A DNA stretch of 64,000 nucleotides from the human T2T-CHM13v2.0 reference genome, Homo sapiens (GCF_009914755.1 NC_060937.1); one strand, 5' to 3'. Counted from the stretch's first letter, positions 29,533 through 44,089 are shown. Made by a program: numbers and translations. Notes: generated by a model not told the origin, from the letters alone.

Positions 29533-30464
29533 GTAGGTACGCTCTTGTGGTCCCTGGCCTTTCCTCCTGTCTGAATGGAGAGGTTTCTTTTCCCAGCTCC
29601 TGACTTGCCTGCCCGCTCGCCCCTGGTGAATGGGAGCAGTCAGGGAGTAGGTGTGGAAGAGAGGGGCACCAGAAAGAGTGGCCACGTAGGGTTGGGGGCG
29701 ACGCCTCCTTCACACTCCATCCAGGGAAGCCGGCTGCATCTCAACCTTCCAGAAGTAGACTCTTTTCCACCCCACCCCGCCAAGGTGTAGCCTCTGTAGC
29801 CTCCTTTGATTGCAAGTAATGCAGTCTCCCTTTCTATCCCGGGAGGGGTGGAGGGGAGGTCTTGGCAAAAGGAGGATTTTTGGAGGAAAGGGGACCCCAG
29901 GCAGTTAATTTCCTAGCCCCTGTCAATCATACTTCTCTGGCTAGGACTCATGTGCAAGAAAGGCACAAGCTTCCTCATCTCTTACCTGCTTGCTACAAAG
30001 AATTGTTTAATAGCAACTGTAGTTGGATAGGGTATCCGAAGAATGTTCATAGTGTTGAGACATGAGATGATGAATTTAAAAAAAATTGTAGTTATAAGTC
30101 CTTTAGTTGAGAAGAGATCTGGGCCTGTTGTAACCTTTAGTTTCCTCAGAGGCAGATCTGAATTCATTCATATTTGATTGCTGCGTATAAGCCACTTCAC
30201 TTCTCTGAGCTTAATACTTTCGCAAAATAATATCACTAGTAAGTTACTGCTATAGCTTTCAAGGTTGTTTCGAGGATCAGTTGAGAACATTTATATGTGA
30301 TACTTTTTTTGTAAGCTGTATCATAGCCCCAAGAGTGTGAGGTTTTGAGTTGTTTTTTGTGACACATTTGTCGAGTACATTTTAATAGTTAAAATTAATA
30401 TCTATGGGACTTTGTAATTTTAACATGCATACTCTTGATTTCTTTTTAGTTTTCTCTCTGTGCT

Positions 30465-30617
30465 ATGGGAGATGTCAAGGAATCAAAGATGCAAATAACA
30501 CCAGAAACTCCAGGAAGGATCCCTGTTTTAAATCCTTTTGAAAGTCCTAGTGATTATTCTAATCTCCATGAACAAACTCTCGCCAGTCCTTCTGTTTTTA
30601 AATCAACAAAATTACCA
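30465..30617 (+). CDS. BORA: BORA (Aurora kinase A activator) exon 2, codons 1-51
   Basis: TTTTTAG acceptor (exon starts 30450); GCT ATG G; [28 protein letters not shown]...STKLP; CCA|GTAAGT. Confidence 0.97.
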
Positions 30618-31059
30618 GTAAGTTATTCCTGACTAGTGTTTACAACTAATTTTAAATGTAAGTAATTACAAATAATTTTAAATGTAAACATCTGTCTTTA
30701 CAAGGTAAGGAGGAAATACATTATGGAGCATATATAGCTGCAATATACTTTTTTAAATTGTAGTGTTCATTATAATCTAGTGGTTAGGTTAATAAGTTAG
30801 CTAGAAGATTTTTTTTTTTTAAGTTCAAGAACATACGTTAGCTTCCTGCAGTTGTGGGTGTAGCTACATTCTGTGGTTGACGATATAGCTACTAATACAT
30901 TAGAGAAGAAGCTGCATCATCTAATATTCTGTTCTCACTTATTTGGCAAACATTATTTGAGTGTTGCTATGTGTCAAATACAGTGCTAAGCAGGGATTAC
31001 ACTGTGAACAAGTTAGGATCATTAGGCACAAATCCTTAAGGAGGTTATACTCCGATGTA

Positions 31060-31330
31060 TGGGTCACAAACTTTCTGTTAGGGGCCAGACAGTAAATATT
31101 TAAGCTTTACAGGTCATTTGGTCTCTGTCACAACTACTCACTTCTGTCTTGTATCACAAAAGCAGCCATAGGCAATGTGTAAAGAGATAAATGTTACTCT
31201 GTTCCAATACAGCTTTATTTATGGACACATTTGAATTTCATATAATTTTCACATGTCACAAGATATTTTTTTGTTTGTTTTCCCAACCATTTGAAACTGT
31301 CAAAATAATTCTTAGCTTGCAATCTATTAT
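31060..31330. mobile_element. MER58-like hAT-Charlie MITE (approximate ends)
   Basis: AGGGGCCAGACAGTAAATATTTAAGCTTT...AAAGCAGCCATAGGCAAT...TGTTCCAATACAGCTTTATTTATGGACAC. Confidence 0.7.
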
Positions 31331-31462
31331 AAAAAGAAACTAACCCCTATTTTAATGTGTTAAACAGAACTAGATGAGTAATATCAAGGCAGTGTGATAG
31401 GTGATATGATTAGTGCTTAGGGCAATAGTAATATGAAGGAAAAGTGTTCTTCAGGATATTAG

Positions 31463-31654
<192 letters not shown>

Positions 31655-32298
31655 TAAGTTCTTTTGACCTTGGATCTTTCAACCTACCAAGTTACTTAGA
31701 AAAACTGCAAATAGGGTGGCTGTTTCTGCTACACTTTCATACAGGTTTTACAATGAGCAAGTATGTACTAGTGGAAGGTCGAGCAGTTTATATTGAGTCA
31801 TTTCATCAATCTGACCTTATGATTTTTAATTGAATCATTAAAATTTATCTCTTGGTCTTACTAAAAATAAATAATAGATTGACGGCAGCTTAATCCTCAA
31901 AGTTGGAATGTATGGCATCTTGCGTTTTTAGGACTGAATTTGCCTAGAATATATTTCTAATTACAGATTAGGATTTGGATAAACCTTTAATTCAGTTGCA
32001 TGGTTGAGTACAGAAAGGCAGCACTGGTTGCCATTCATAATTATTTTAAGGATCAACTATGTTGTGAGCTTTTGCAGCCACCTCCAAAGTGACTAAGGAC
32101 TTTAATTTCAGTTCCTTCTTAGTGAAAGTAAAGACGTTTGTTAACTGTGAGAGATTTTTACTTTTACATGGGCTTAGTTTATCACACTGATGAGTGTTAA
32201 TTGTGAAAGTTTTATATCTTTATTACTCTGTTGTGATTTTTCTCGTATTACGTAATTCCAACCCAGGTGAAAGATTCTGATATTTTAAAAGAGATACA

Positions 32299-32618
<320 letters not shown>

Positions 32619-32802
32619 TCAGTTGATCGAATGTGATATGATTACCCTTTGCCATTTAATTTCATGGTAAAGTCAAATTTTAAAATACAAGCTTTAAAAT
32701 ATTTTCATATTATAACCATTCATATTATTTCTCACATAGGTTAGCATTTTGATGAACTATTTTAGTTTGCCTTTACTCATAAGCTCACTTTCTTTTGTTA
32801 AG

Positions 32803-32909
32803 ACTCCAGGGAAATTTAGATGGTCTATTGATCAACTAGCTGTAATAAATCCTGTAGAAATAGACCCAGAAGATATTCATCGTCAAGCTTTATACTTAAG
32901 TCATTCTCG
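32803..32909 (+). CDS. BORA: BORA exon 3 ([35 protein letters not shown])
   Basis: AAG acceptor, CG|GTAAGT donor, 107 nt, phase 0 to 2. Confidence 0.96.
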
Positions 32910-33889
32910 GTAAGTTTTCCTTTCTTGCACCTAAGTCTAATAACACTCTCAAGTGAAGAGAGGTAGGAAATTCTAAATGTTGAGTATTTTTCTATGTAAA
33001 GGTATCAGGGAGAAAAAATTTTGATGCAGATTTTTTCTATCTAAATGAATGAGTTCAAAGAACTACATTCAGAAAGATTTTCTTGCCAACAGTTCCAGAC
33101 CTGAGTAGATACCTTTTTCTTTTACAAGTAACCTTTTCCCTCTGCTACTGAGGTGACAGCTCTGTACCCCTAGCACTCAGTTAAGAGAAGAACATTTTGA
33201 AATTTGCACTTTTCTACATGGTTGTGGCTTCTGCCATTAACTTGTTTCAGTTTGTCTTTTTGATGATTTGGGGTAAAGCAAAATGCTGTTTCATTGTTAT
33301 CTATGTTTGGGGAAACCTAAAACCCCCTCAAAGAGTTACGTATGCACTGAATGGAAGGGTATCCATTAGCAACAGAGCGGTTTTTTAGACATCATCCAAC
33401 TGTAACAATTCACTTGGAATCTGAATTACATTTTCTAGAATTCTACATATCACCCAGTGCAGTCTTATTTGTTGATGTGTTGTTTAGGTTTCAAGGCACT
33501 AATGTACTGCAGATTTAGTTTTTTATTACAAAGTGTAAGGTCATATTATTCTTTTGTAGTTTTAGGGACTCTTGTTTATATGTTTTATAGTCTGATTTTT
33601 TAATATTTGAAAAAAATCAAATACATGGTATGACCAGATTTTAATTTGCTGTCCTAAGGTAGACATGTTGTTAGTCCAAAACAAAGGATAATCCTTTTCC
33701 CTTTGACTTAAGAATTCAGTCACACAACGTTGCACACATATTGAGATATTCTGGTAAATACTTACTGGCTTTTCTCCTCCATCTTCTCTTTGCTTGGTAA
33801 CATGATGACCATTCACTCATAAAATTAATGTCCACCCAGAGTGTTAATAGGAAGGGAATAGAATGAGGATGAAGCATGAAAGGATTTTA

Positions 33890-34300
<411 letters not shown>

Positions 34301-35374
34301 TCACACGAACTTAATTATGCTTAATTATTTTGTCTCATTTCTTCAATATATTGAATGATGGACAATTATTATATTGATCAGTCAAGAGATACTTATTGAG
34401 TACTGTGAGGGACTGTAAGAAACACTGAAGAAGTACAAGATACTAAGAGTCAAGAGTCAAAAATATAATTAGACCAAAGTTGTAACACAGTGCTTCTGTT
34501 CTTACTACTAAATGATATATTGTCTGCAAAGGTTTATAAAGATAATCTTGGTGTCTCTTAGTACATAGATTTATCATATAGAAGAATGGAAAAGAGTGGG
34601 AAAATATTATAATTTAATTTAATAATATAATTCAATGAATGGTTATGGCTTCTACCAAGGATAGTCAATATATTCTTCACAGAGCATCTCGTTTCATCCT
34701 TAGAAACAAGCAGTGTCTTTCAGTATCTCTTCTTACATATTAGCCCTCTACTTCAATTCTTCCCATCCTTTTCATGCCACCATCCACACAGAAAATTGTA
34801 ACTGAAAAGCATACCAGTGTAAGCAGGTGAGTCTTGGCCATGTAGGTGACCAGTCCTGAGGTCCCCTCTCCTTTGCCACCCTGCAAAGGCTCAACATTCA
34901 GGCCACACCTGTACCTATATGCATCATACTGGTGTTCAGTGGTATGCTGGTCAGGATGCTCTCCCCTGTATGACTTCTTAGAATCTTGTTTGATCTGACT
35001 CTAGAGTATTTGGCCACAGTGATTTTTACAGTTTCCAGCAATCACCTGAGTATTTCATGTTCTTGAAGTCCCTCTGATGAAGTAGCAAAAGGTTTCTGAA
35101 TGCAGTAATCCTAGTTCAGAGCTTACTTGCTATTTGCTAAGCTTGTTATGTGCTGCCATTTTGACCATGATAAGATGAAGAGAACCATTGATAAGATGAA
35201 GGCCATTTTGTTATCCTCAAAATGGCTACTGTTCAAGCTGGGATATGTGGGTTGACACTGTAGTTTATTTTCTCATACTTCTCCCACTTGAAAAATCTAC
35301 TTAATTTCTGAAATGTATACATTCTCATATAAGCTTTATTAAGCCATGAGCAAGTCTATATGTGAAAAAAATTC

Positions 35375-35730
35375 ACACCATGGAATACTATGCAGCCACA
35401 AAAAGCATGAGATTGCGTCCTTTGCATGGACATGGATGCAGCTGGAGGCCATTATTCTTAGCAAACTAATACAGGAACAGAAAACCAAACCCCTCATGTT
35501 CTCACTTATAAGTGGGAGCTAAATGATGAGAGCATGTGGACATATAGAGGGGAACAGCACACACTGGGGCCTGGTGGAGGGTGAGAGGAGGGAGATCAGG
35601 AAAAATAACTGATGGATTCTAGACTTAATACCTGGATGATTAAATAATCTGTACAACAAACCCCAGTGACACAAGTTACCTGTGTAACCTGCATTTGTAC
35701 CCCTGAACTTAAAATAAAAGTTAAAGAAAA
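35375..35730 (+). mobile_element. L1PA/PB 3' end fragment
   Basis: CACCATGGAATACTATGCAGCC...CATGTTCTCACTTATAAGTGGGAGCTAAATGATGAG...CCCCTGAACTTAAAATAAAAG. Confidence 0.88.
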
Positions 35731-36481
35731 AATTCTGAGACAAAATAATTTTAAATTGTAAAAAAAAATATGTCTTACCAATTTACTGATGGAAGGCAAG
35801 GATTCTTTCCTGTAATGGAATAAAGAAGTGGTCCTAGAAAGCTAACTGCTGAGTCCTTGGCAAGTATATGCTTTGTGCTTGGACCCAAAATTTTATATTA
35901 AATCTTGTAGCTGAGAAGTTTATATAACAGTAATTGCAGATTGTATCAAAGTGAAAAAAAAATTCATTTGGAAAAAATGTTATATTGTCAGTGTTTTATT
36001 TCAGAGTTAATATTTTTGACTGTTTAGAACTGTGAACTATCCTCATCTATTTTACAGTAAAAGTTGATTCTAAAATTATTGCCATGATAAACTTGTTATA
36101 ATTGAAGAGAAAAACTTTGGACAATTTTTAGATGTATGTTGAATTAAATACTTCTTAATTTGTATTAAGGGACAAAGTTTATCAAATTTATATTGTTAAA
36201 AGCAATTTAATATCAATGTAAGTCTTTTGAAATAAAGTATCATTGCATTCAAACTTTGAATGGAAAAGAGGGAGGTAAGCCTAATAGCTAACTGCTGAAT
36301 TTCAGAATACTGCCTAAATGTTACTAAATGTTACAAGATACCACTAGTATTAATTATAAAGTGAGCTTAACATTTGCCAGTTTTCAATGAAGGGAGATTA
36401 TTTATTTGAAAGGTTATTTTTTAAAATGTTCAATAAGCTTAAGTAATAGCATGGTTATTTTTCTTCTTTATCTTTGTATAG

Positions 36482-36527
36482 AATAGATAAAGATGTGGAA
36501 GACAAAAGACAAAAAGCCATTGAAGAG
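36482..36527 (+). CDS. BORA: BORA exon 4 (R-IDKDVEDKRQKAIEE)
   Basis: TAG acceptor, GAG|GTAACT donor, 46 nt, phase 2 to 0. Confidence 0.95.
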
Positions 36528-37120
36528 GTAACTTAAACTGTTACTGATCATTAAATCAGTTAAGGATCAATTCTGCATGTACATCACTTCTTTTAGGAAG
36601 ACTTTCTTCAATTCCTTCACTGTCCTATCTCCCCTCCAAGCCCTTCACAGTCCCATCTATATAAAGCACCCTTCTGTACTGTCCTAAGACCAATAATTTC
36701 CAGCTATCCCAGTACCTTGCATAGCACTTGTATACTGTTGTAATGATCAGTTTAGTGTTTCTGTCCCCTAGACGCAATCTTTTTTGGCCAATACTGTACT
36801 TCATCCTTTCATTCTCAGGACCTAGCACAATTTGTCTTCCTTGTGCCTTCAAAATGTTGATTAGCACAAACTTTGTTTCAAGTTGGAGTTTATGTAGAGG
36901 AAGTCGAATATTCTCAGGCCTTCAGAGTCTAGATTGGCATTGGGAATGGCTTTGTCTTTTTTTGTTAATACTTTGGATTTTTAAGATATTCATGAAATAA
37001 AATCTCTTACTGTTAAACAGGAAAGGTATATCATAATGTAGGCTTTCTAAAAAATAAAAATAATTAAGTTTTTTGCTTTTTTATGTCTGTTGAATTGCCT
37101 TTCTTAGCATCTAAATAAGG

Positions 37121-37424
<304 letters not shown>

Positions 37425-38694
37425 TAAGTAAGGGTTACTTACCTTGTTCTTTCCTCAGAAAGTCTTTATGTGATGGCAGCATTTCTGATTTTTACTTTTC
37501 TGCCCCTCTAGCCCCCTCAACCCTCCTCTGTTCCTTAGCCGTACTTGGCTCTTCCGTACCACAAAAGACTATGTTTACTCCTGCTAAACATTACCTACTT
37601 CTTCTTCTATCTAGTAACTGCACAGTTTTCATTCTGACTCAGTCACTTGGTTCTTCCCCACCTGAATATTCTCAGACTCTCAAAATTTCCAACATTTTGA
37701 AAAAATACTTTCTTTAAGAATCCTTAATTTTAAAGAGAAACCCAGCAGGTAAACTTAAGAAAATTTGTTTCTTTTCAATATATATTTTTGAAAATAGAAG
37801 AAACATATACATATAGTAAAAACAAAAAGAAAAAATATAAAATAAAAAGCCTCCTGTTTCCCCATCCCACTTCATGAAGGTAATGACTATAACATTTCTT
37901 ATGTGTACTTTCAGATTAATTTTACTTATTTAATAGCATATGTCCTTAAAATATTTTCGACAAATAGGATTATCATTCTCATACTATTATCGTTCTCATA
38001 CTGCATCCTCCTTTTTTTGCTTCATGATTTTTCTTAGAAATTTTTGATAACCAGCATATACAGATTTTTACATTCTCTTAGCAACAGCATAGTTACCTAG
38101 CCCCTGTTGACAGATGTTTAAATTGTGTTTATTATTTTTCTGTCACAAATAATGCTGCAGTGATTTGTATATATATCTTTATATTCTTGAAATGGACTTA
38201 GTAAGTCAGAGGCTTTGTGAATTTTCAGTTTTGGTAGATTTTACCATATTGCCCTCCTAAAAGGTTATACCAGTTTATACTCCTGATTACAGTGTGACAC
38301 TGCTTGATTTTCCATATCTCCAATATTGATTATTATCAGAATTCTTAATTTGTTCTACTCCTATTACTTTAAAAATGACTTTTTTTTTTTGTATTTCTTT
38401 ACTTTTGAGTGAACTTATACATCACTTTGTAAGTTTATAGGTCCTTTAATTTTTTTTCTGGTAATTGTCTATATCTGCCCCAGTCCACCTTTAAAAAAAA
38501 AAAAAAAAAGAATCTTTTCCTCTTAGATTCATGGGTAATTTAGTTAAGAAAATTAGCTCTTTGTCATATGTATAGCAAAATATGAAGAAAATATGTTTGG
38601 TTACTTGCAAAACCTAGGGAAGGGAAAACACTGTGTTAGAAATGAAAGAGGAAAGAAAAGTATACAAATGCTCTATCTCATTTGAATATACTGG

Positions 38695-39110
38695 CCAGTA
38701 GTGTGCTGGTGAATGTTTAACAACTTGCTCTCTGGTCGTGGAAGGAGTACGATTTATAGCGATTCCTGCTATCCATAGTGTAAGTACTCCAACCATGGCC
38801 AGTTTCAAGCTACTGATGTGACATCACTGAATGGGAAAGGAAGAATAGTGGCACACCATCATATGTAGGAATTCCACCATACAGATACAAAATACATTAT
38901 TAACCTCAAGAGCATAGACATTGATAAATATATAAAATAATTAGCAAGTGGTGAGTTTTGGATATTTGTTACCTTTATTTTTAATATATTTAATTGTAAG
39001 TTTACATAATTTTATTTTTAATATTGGTTTTAACAACTGGTGCACAGAATTCTTGAAAATTTAATAATCAGATCTTGAGAGCCAGAACAAACAAGCCAGC
39101 TTCAGTGCCG
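38695..39110. mobile_element. MER63-like hAT DNA transposon relic (approximate ends)
   Basis: CCAGTAGTGTGCTGGTGAATGTTTAACAAC...ATGGCCAGTTTCAAGCTAC...TTTAACAACTGG. Confidence 0.6.
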
Positions 39111-39470
39111 TCATTCATACTGGCCTACTTGCATGTCTCTGTCTTAATATATTCCTTCCCTTTTCATCCTTTTTTTTGTAACCCCATCAAAAAAACCTGG
39201 GAAAGAAATTTAAAATACTTTGTCTATGATTAATCCTCTTAGTTTAGTTTGCAAGTTTCAAATTTAACTGGTTGATTTGAAGTATTAAGATTCCTCTTTA
39301 TATATACTTTAAATTTCTTCCATTTTTCCTTTGGTCATTTGTATTAAAATTTTTGCATACAGTTATAAAGTTAGTATATGACATGTTTAATAATTACTTG
39401 GAAAAACACAGGTACCGTCTCACATTTTGGGTGGAATTTATGCCTAATTGTATGACTTTAATTTTCCTAG

Positions 39471-39552
39471 TTTTTCACTAAAGATGTCATCGTACCCTCT
39501 CCTTGGACTGATCATGAAGGGAAACAGCTTTCACAATGTCATTCCAGTAAAT
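39471..39552 (+). CDS. BORA: BORA exon 5 (FFTKDVIVPSPWTDHEGKQLSQCHSSK; includes the S112 CDK site)
   Basis: CCTAG acceptor, T|GTGAGT donor, 82 nt. Confidence 0.96.
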
Positions 39553-40929
39553 GTGAGTGTACTAAAAATGATATGAATAAAAATCAAAAAAGTCGGTGAA
39601 TATAAAGCAACATATCATGAAGTGCCAGTATATCTGCTTTGTAAGAAGCTTGCTTTAAAATTCTGGATAACATAGAATTTAACTCCTTTTAGGGTTAGAA
39701 TTAAAAATTTGACTAAAATTTATTGAATTTTTTTTTAGCTGTTATACTCTGAATTTAACTTTTTCTTCAGGACTATTGTGAATGTCAGTTATAATGATGG
39801 TTATAGAGGATCCATAGATGAAGAAATAGTTGGTATTGAATATAGAGATGAGTTGTTAATGACTTTAGCAGTATTTTGAAGGTTAATATTTTAGATAAAA
39901 CCGTAAATTGTGTTGCCTTTTGCTAATTTGCTGATTTCTTATAAAGGTAAAGAAAGGATGAAGACTTAATATGACCTCTGGGACAGTGTATTATTGCTGA
40001 GTATCTGCAAAATTAATAAGGAAATTAAAGGGCAAGCCAGTAAGCTAACAATTATCTTTCTACCTCCAGGCAATGGTTGTCATATATTTGTTCTCACTGC
40101 TCTTTGGGTTGTGAGGCAGTATTCAGGAATCACTTGTATATATGCATCCCTCATCACAGTGGAATTACACTGTCTATTGTAGTATACCTTAATTATGCTC
40201 TCAGTATAAGAGGGAATGTTTGTTCCATTCTTTATCAAAAAACACAACATAATAATACAACAATAATAGGTAAGCTGGGTTAGTACTTTCTCTATGCCAG
40301 GACAGTGCTAATTGCTTTCAGTAATTTCTTATAACTCATATGAAGTAGGTGTAATTATTGGCCCCATTTTATAGGTAAGAAAACCTAGTTTTAGAAAGAT
40401 GAGAGCATTTGTCCAGGGTTACAGAGATGATAAAAGTGGGAAAACCTGAATTCAAAATTCTCAAATCAGATGCTGTATTCTTAGCCATTATGAATTAGTG
40501 GTAGCACGCAATAGTAGATGGAAATCTGGATTGTAAAACCTCCTACTTTTATAAACCAGAGAGGTGACCTTGATCAAATTATTCTCTTTGTACCTCAGTC
40601 TTTTATTTGTGAAATAAAAGGATTGAACTAGAGTTGTCCATTTACATCCCCCCAGCTCTAAAATTGTGTGTCCAAGGTGGCATTCTCATAGATACTAGTT
40701 TTTCACCCCCAGATTCTTTACTGTTGGATTTTTTCAACAGATGAATCAACCTTCTTAAGTGATTTTTTAAATAACATTTTTGTATTCCAAGTATCCTGTT
40801 TTAGTTCAAGTGATGCAGGATCAAGAAGATGCTTAAAAACACTTTAGACTCTTTGAAACCTAATCAAGCCCACGATAACAGTGCAGTGATTAATAGGATA
40901 GGCTCCAGAGCTGTGCTGTTTACTGTGTT

Positions 40930-41930
40930 GTTGGGAGACAATTCTCCATAGGCCTCACATTTCTGCACACCTTTCATGAAGTGGCATGGACAAGTTCTGT
41001 TCCAAACTATCTTTTCTAGGGTGTTTGTCTTGGAAGGTAGAGATAGTGTGTCCCACCAGAGCAGAGGGTAAGTTTGTTTTGCTGTCCAGTATAGTAAAGA
41101 TGATGTCTCCCTCTGGAGCAGATTTGTTTGCAGTCTCTCTTAAAAGAATGGGATTTCCTAAGCTTGGGGTTCCTTAGCTATGGTGAAAACCCATTGTGTG
41201 TCCACCAGCCACCTGGGTATTTTAATTTAGAATCTTTTAAGATAGAGAGCACTCCTCCCATGATTAGGAGAGACACAAGATGGAAATAAAAATTTTATTA
41301 CTTACAAGTCCTAGGGGTACACAGCATACCTGAACACCACACAGGGAGGTCAGGAAGAGAGAGAAAGGGACCCATGGGCCAACGCCTTTATTGGGTCCAG
41401 GGCATTATCCAAACAGAGTTTTAGTTGGTGGGTTTAAAGCAAGCAGGCATGCATTGAGGAGGTCACACAGTGACTGAGAGATAGTCACTGTGGCATGTCT
41501 GTGTAGTCCATGTGCGGTATGAGGGTTGGGGGGGTCAGTCAGGTAGGCCATATGTAGATGGCCCATAGGGAGGTGGTTACCAGGAGGAATTTATATAAGG
41601 CAGATATCTGGATCAACCACATTGAGGTATAGAACTGGAAACTGTGTCGGGTGAATGAGCCCTGCTTTTTGTATGAGAAAGTCCAGCTTGTATGCAGAAT
41701 TATAAGAATTCACTGCACTGGACTGTTTCATGTCATCTTCTTGGCACTTGGGAGCAAAGGGAATTAATAGGAATGTTAAGTTCATGCTGCCTGCTGTGCT
41801 GAAAATAATAAAGTCCTTTATCTCTGCCCCCAGAAGCCTCATGTCTTTAGCCAGCACCAATGGAACTTTGACATGTTCACCTGTTAGTTGCCAAGTTGGG
41901 TAGAATCTTAGACCCTTTATAGTTCTTGAC
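40930..41930 (+). mobile_element. ERVL-type solo LTR (LTR40-like) apparently interrupted by a second LTR (~41230-41690)
   Basis: TGTTGGGAGACAATTCTCCAT start, AATAAA at 41807-41812, TAGTTCTTGACA end; too long for a single LTR of this type. Confidence 0.55.
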
Positions 41931-41934
41931 AGTT

Positions 41935-42322
41935 GTGGCCACGTGTGACTATTTAAATTTAAAGTTAAATTTAAAAATGGAGTTCCCCATTCACAATATT
42001 CACATTTCAGGTGCTCAATAGCCATGTGGATATCGAGTAGTATAGATAGAGAACATTTCCATCATCACAGAAAATGTTCTATTGGATGCTACTTTAGGGC
42101 CAAGGTTGGCAGCCCTTAAGTGTAAAGGATTCAATAATAAATACTTAAGCCTTTACTGACCACACAACCTCTGTTGGAACCACTCCACTCTACTGCCGTA
42201 CCACAAAAGTAGCCGCTGACAATATGTAAATGAATGTGAGTGTGTACCAGTAAAACTGTATTTAAAAAAATAGGTGAAAGGCCAGATTTGCACCATGAAC
42301 AATAGTTTGCTGACCCTTACTC
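41935..42322. mobile_element. Adjacent hAT MITEs (MER3/MER33-like, then MER58A-like)
   Basis: CACATTTCAGGTGCTCAATAGCCATGTGG...AGAACATTTCCATCATCACAGAAA; then CCAAGGTTGGCA...TAGTTTGCTGACCC. Confidence 0.65.
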
Positions 42323-44089
42323 TAGTGTAATATTATCTAGGTTTGAATTGTACCCAGTAAAGCTCACTAGCTGTGTGACTTTAGATGAGTTACTTAGCTT
42401 TTCTGTGCCTCAGTTTCCTTATCTATAAAATGATGGTTATTGTGGTACCTCTAAGATAATGTACCTAGCACATGGTGTTTGGTTATCTACCTAAAGATTA
42501 ACAAATAAAATGGTGAATGAGGGGAAAAGTGGTTTTGTTTATACATGTTAGCTTGTGCTGGTAGCATTTACTATTATTAATATTTATGCAGCAAGGTGCT
42601 TCAGTGCATATCCTCATGTGTTTTTATTTATGGACTTGAGTGAGAATTTCCCTGGGATATATACGCAGGTAGAGGATTTCTGAGTTATAGAATATATCGT
42701 TACCTAATCTGACTACACAGTATTAGAGTGCTCTCTAGAATATCTGCACAGTCTGCACAGCCCCAGCAGTCCCTAGGGTTCCTGTGTCCCAGCATCCCTG
42801 CCTGCCCTTGGCATTATCCAGCTTTTACATCTTTGCCTTTCCTATAGGTTATTTGACATTCTAAATGATTGTTTCAGTTTTCTTTTTGTCTTCATAGACT
42901 AATGACCTTTTACATTTCATAGAAAATGTCTATTTGTAATTCATTGATATGTTTCAATTGGAGTTGCTAACCTTTTTTTTCCTGTTAATTTCTAAGATAC
43001 CTTACATATTGTGGTTATATTGGTCTTAAACATTTCAAATGTTATCTCCCATTCTGTCATATGTATGTTACTCTTTGTTCTTGATATCCTGGGTTGCATA
43101 GAAATTTTTATTTTGGTGCAGTCAAATCCATCGATTTTTTTTTTTCCTCATTTGATTGTGGTCTTAAACTTGTCTAAGCCCTTCTAGGGGAAGCAACCAA
43201 AACACTTGGAATAGAGTTGAAAAGTGATGTGATAATGTTGCTGTAGGTGTCTTTCTGGTCTGAGGAAGGCAAGGAAGGCATGCTGGCAGAAGATAAAATT
43301 TAAGCTGAGATTTGAGTTAGACTCTTGGAATGCAGGGGAGAAAAGGCAGGGAGGAGAGAGCATAAGATAATACCTAGAGATGAGAGAGATACCTGTTTCT
43401 TGTTTGTTTGTTTTAGGTACTCAAATAATATTTAATTAGATGGCAACCATGCTAGAGAAATAGACATGGTTTTGAAAGGCTTTGTAAGCCATTGAGGTGT
43501 TTGGATTTTATCCTAAAGACTATTGCAGGGTTTTAGGCAGAGAGAGTATTGATTACATCTGCCTTATAGAAGGTCACTCTGCATGCAGTGACAAAGTCAT
43601 CTGCATCCAAAATTTTCTTTATTTACCCGTTTTGATAGTATTTCACAGGGAAATTTAATTTATTCAGCAACCCACTTACCCATTTTAAAATTTAGAATTG
43701 TTAGGTTACTACACTCTATTTTGTCATTTTATTTTAGAATTCCTGAGTTGTTTCTGGTTTTGGGGGGAGGGGGGGTTTGTTTGGTCCCCTTGCTTTTTCT
43801 TCCTTTTATCTTACTTATATTAGTCTTTTTGAGATGGTTTTGGTTTTTGAGTTTTTTTAATCTGGTGATTTTTCAATTTATAAAAAACTTTAGAGTTAAA
43901 ATAATTTGCACCCATATTTTTAACTCTTCTTGTGAAAGAAACTATATGGTTTTATTGATCAAATTTCAGGTTTTGTCAAAATAATCTGGCATTTTAATCT
44001 GTTGAGGACATTGAGGGTAGCTAAAAGGTATCCCTAACCTTTTAAGGTTGACGTCATGAAGAGTAATCATCATTTCCTTAAAAAAAAAA

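Larger units (their letters stand above)
28560..29720. promoter_or_regulatory. CpG island and bidirectional promoter shared by MZT1 (-) and BORA (+)
   Basis: Very GC/CpG-rich against an AT-rich background; divergent first exons; GC box 29231-29238, ETS-like CCGGAA 29163-29168, reverse CCAAT at 29352 and 29384 (variant 29416), CHR-type TTTGAA 29271-29276 and TTCGAA 29324-29329. Confidence 0.92.

Noticed and set aside
28345-29790. Many overlapping 60-198 aa ORFs on both strands
   Set aside because: Expected from stop-codon scarcity in a GC-rich CpG island. Only the MZT1 exon 1 frame and the two BORA upstream ATGs connect to spliced frames.
33255-33355. Possible C/D-box snoRNA in BORA intron 3 (TGATGA...CTGA)
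   Set aside because: No terminal stem and no recognisable rRNA or snRNA antisense element. The motifs are short enough to occur by chance.
35164-35201. Short repeat ACCAT(T)GATAAGATGAAG x2
   Set aside because: Real but trivial slippage duplication with no evident function.
41591-42025. 144-aa minus-strand ORF in BORA intron 5
   Set aside because: It spans a MITE/LTR junction and has no recognisable domain.
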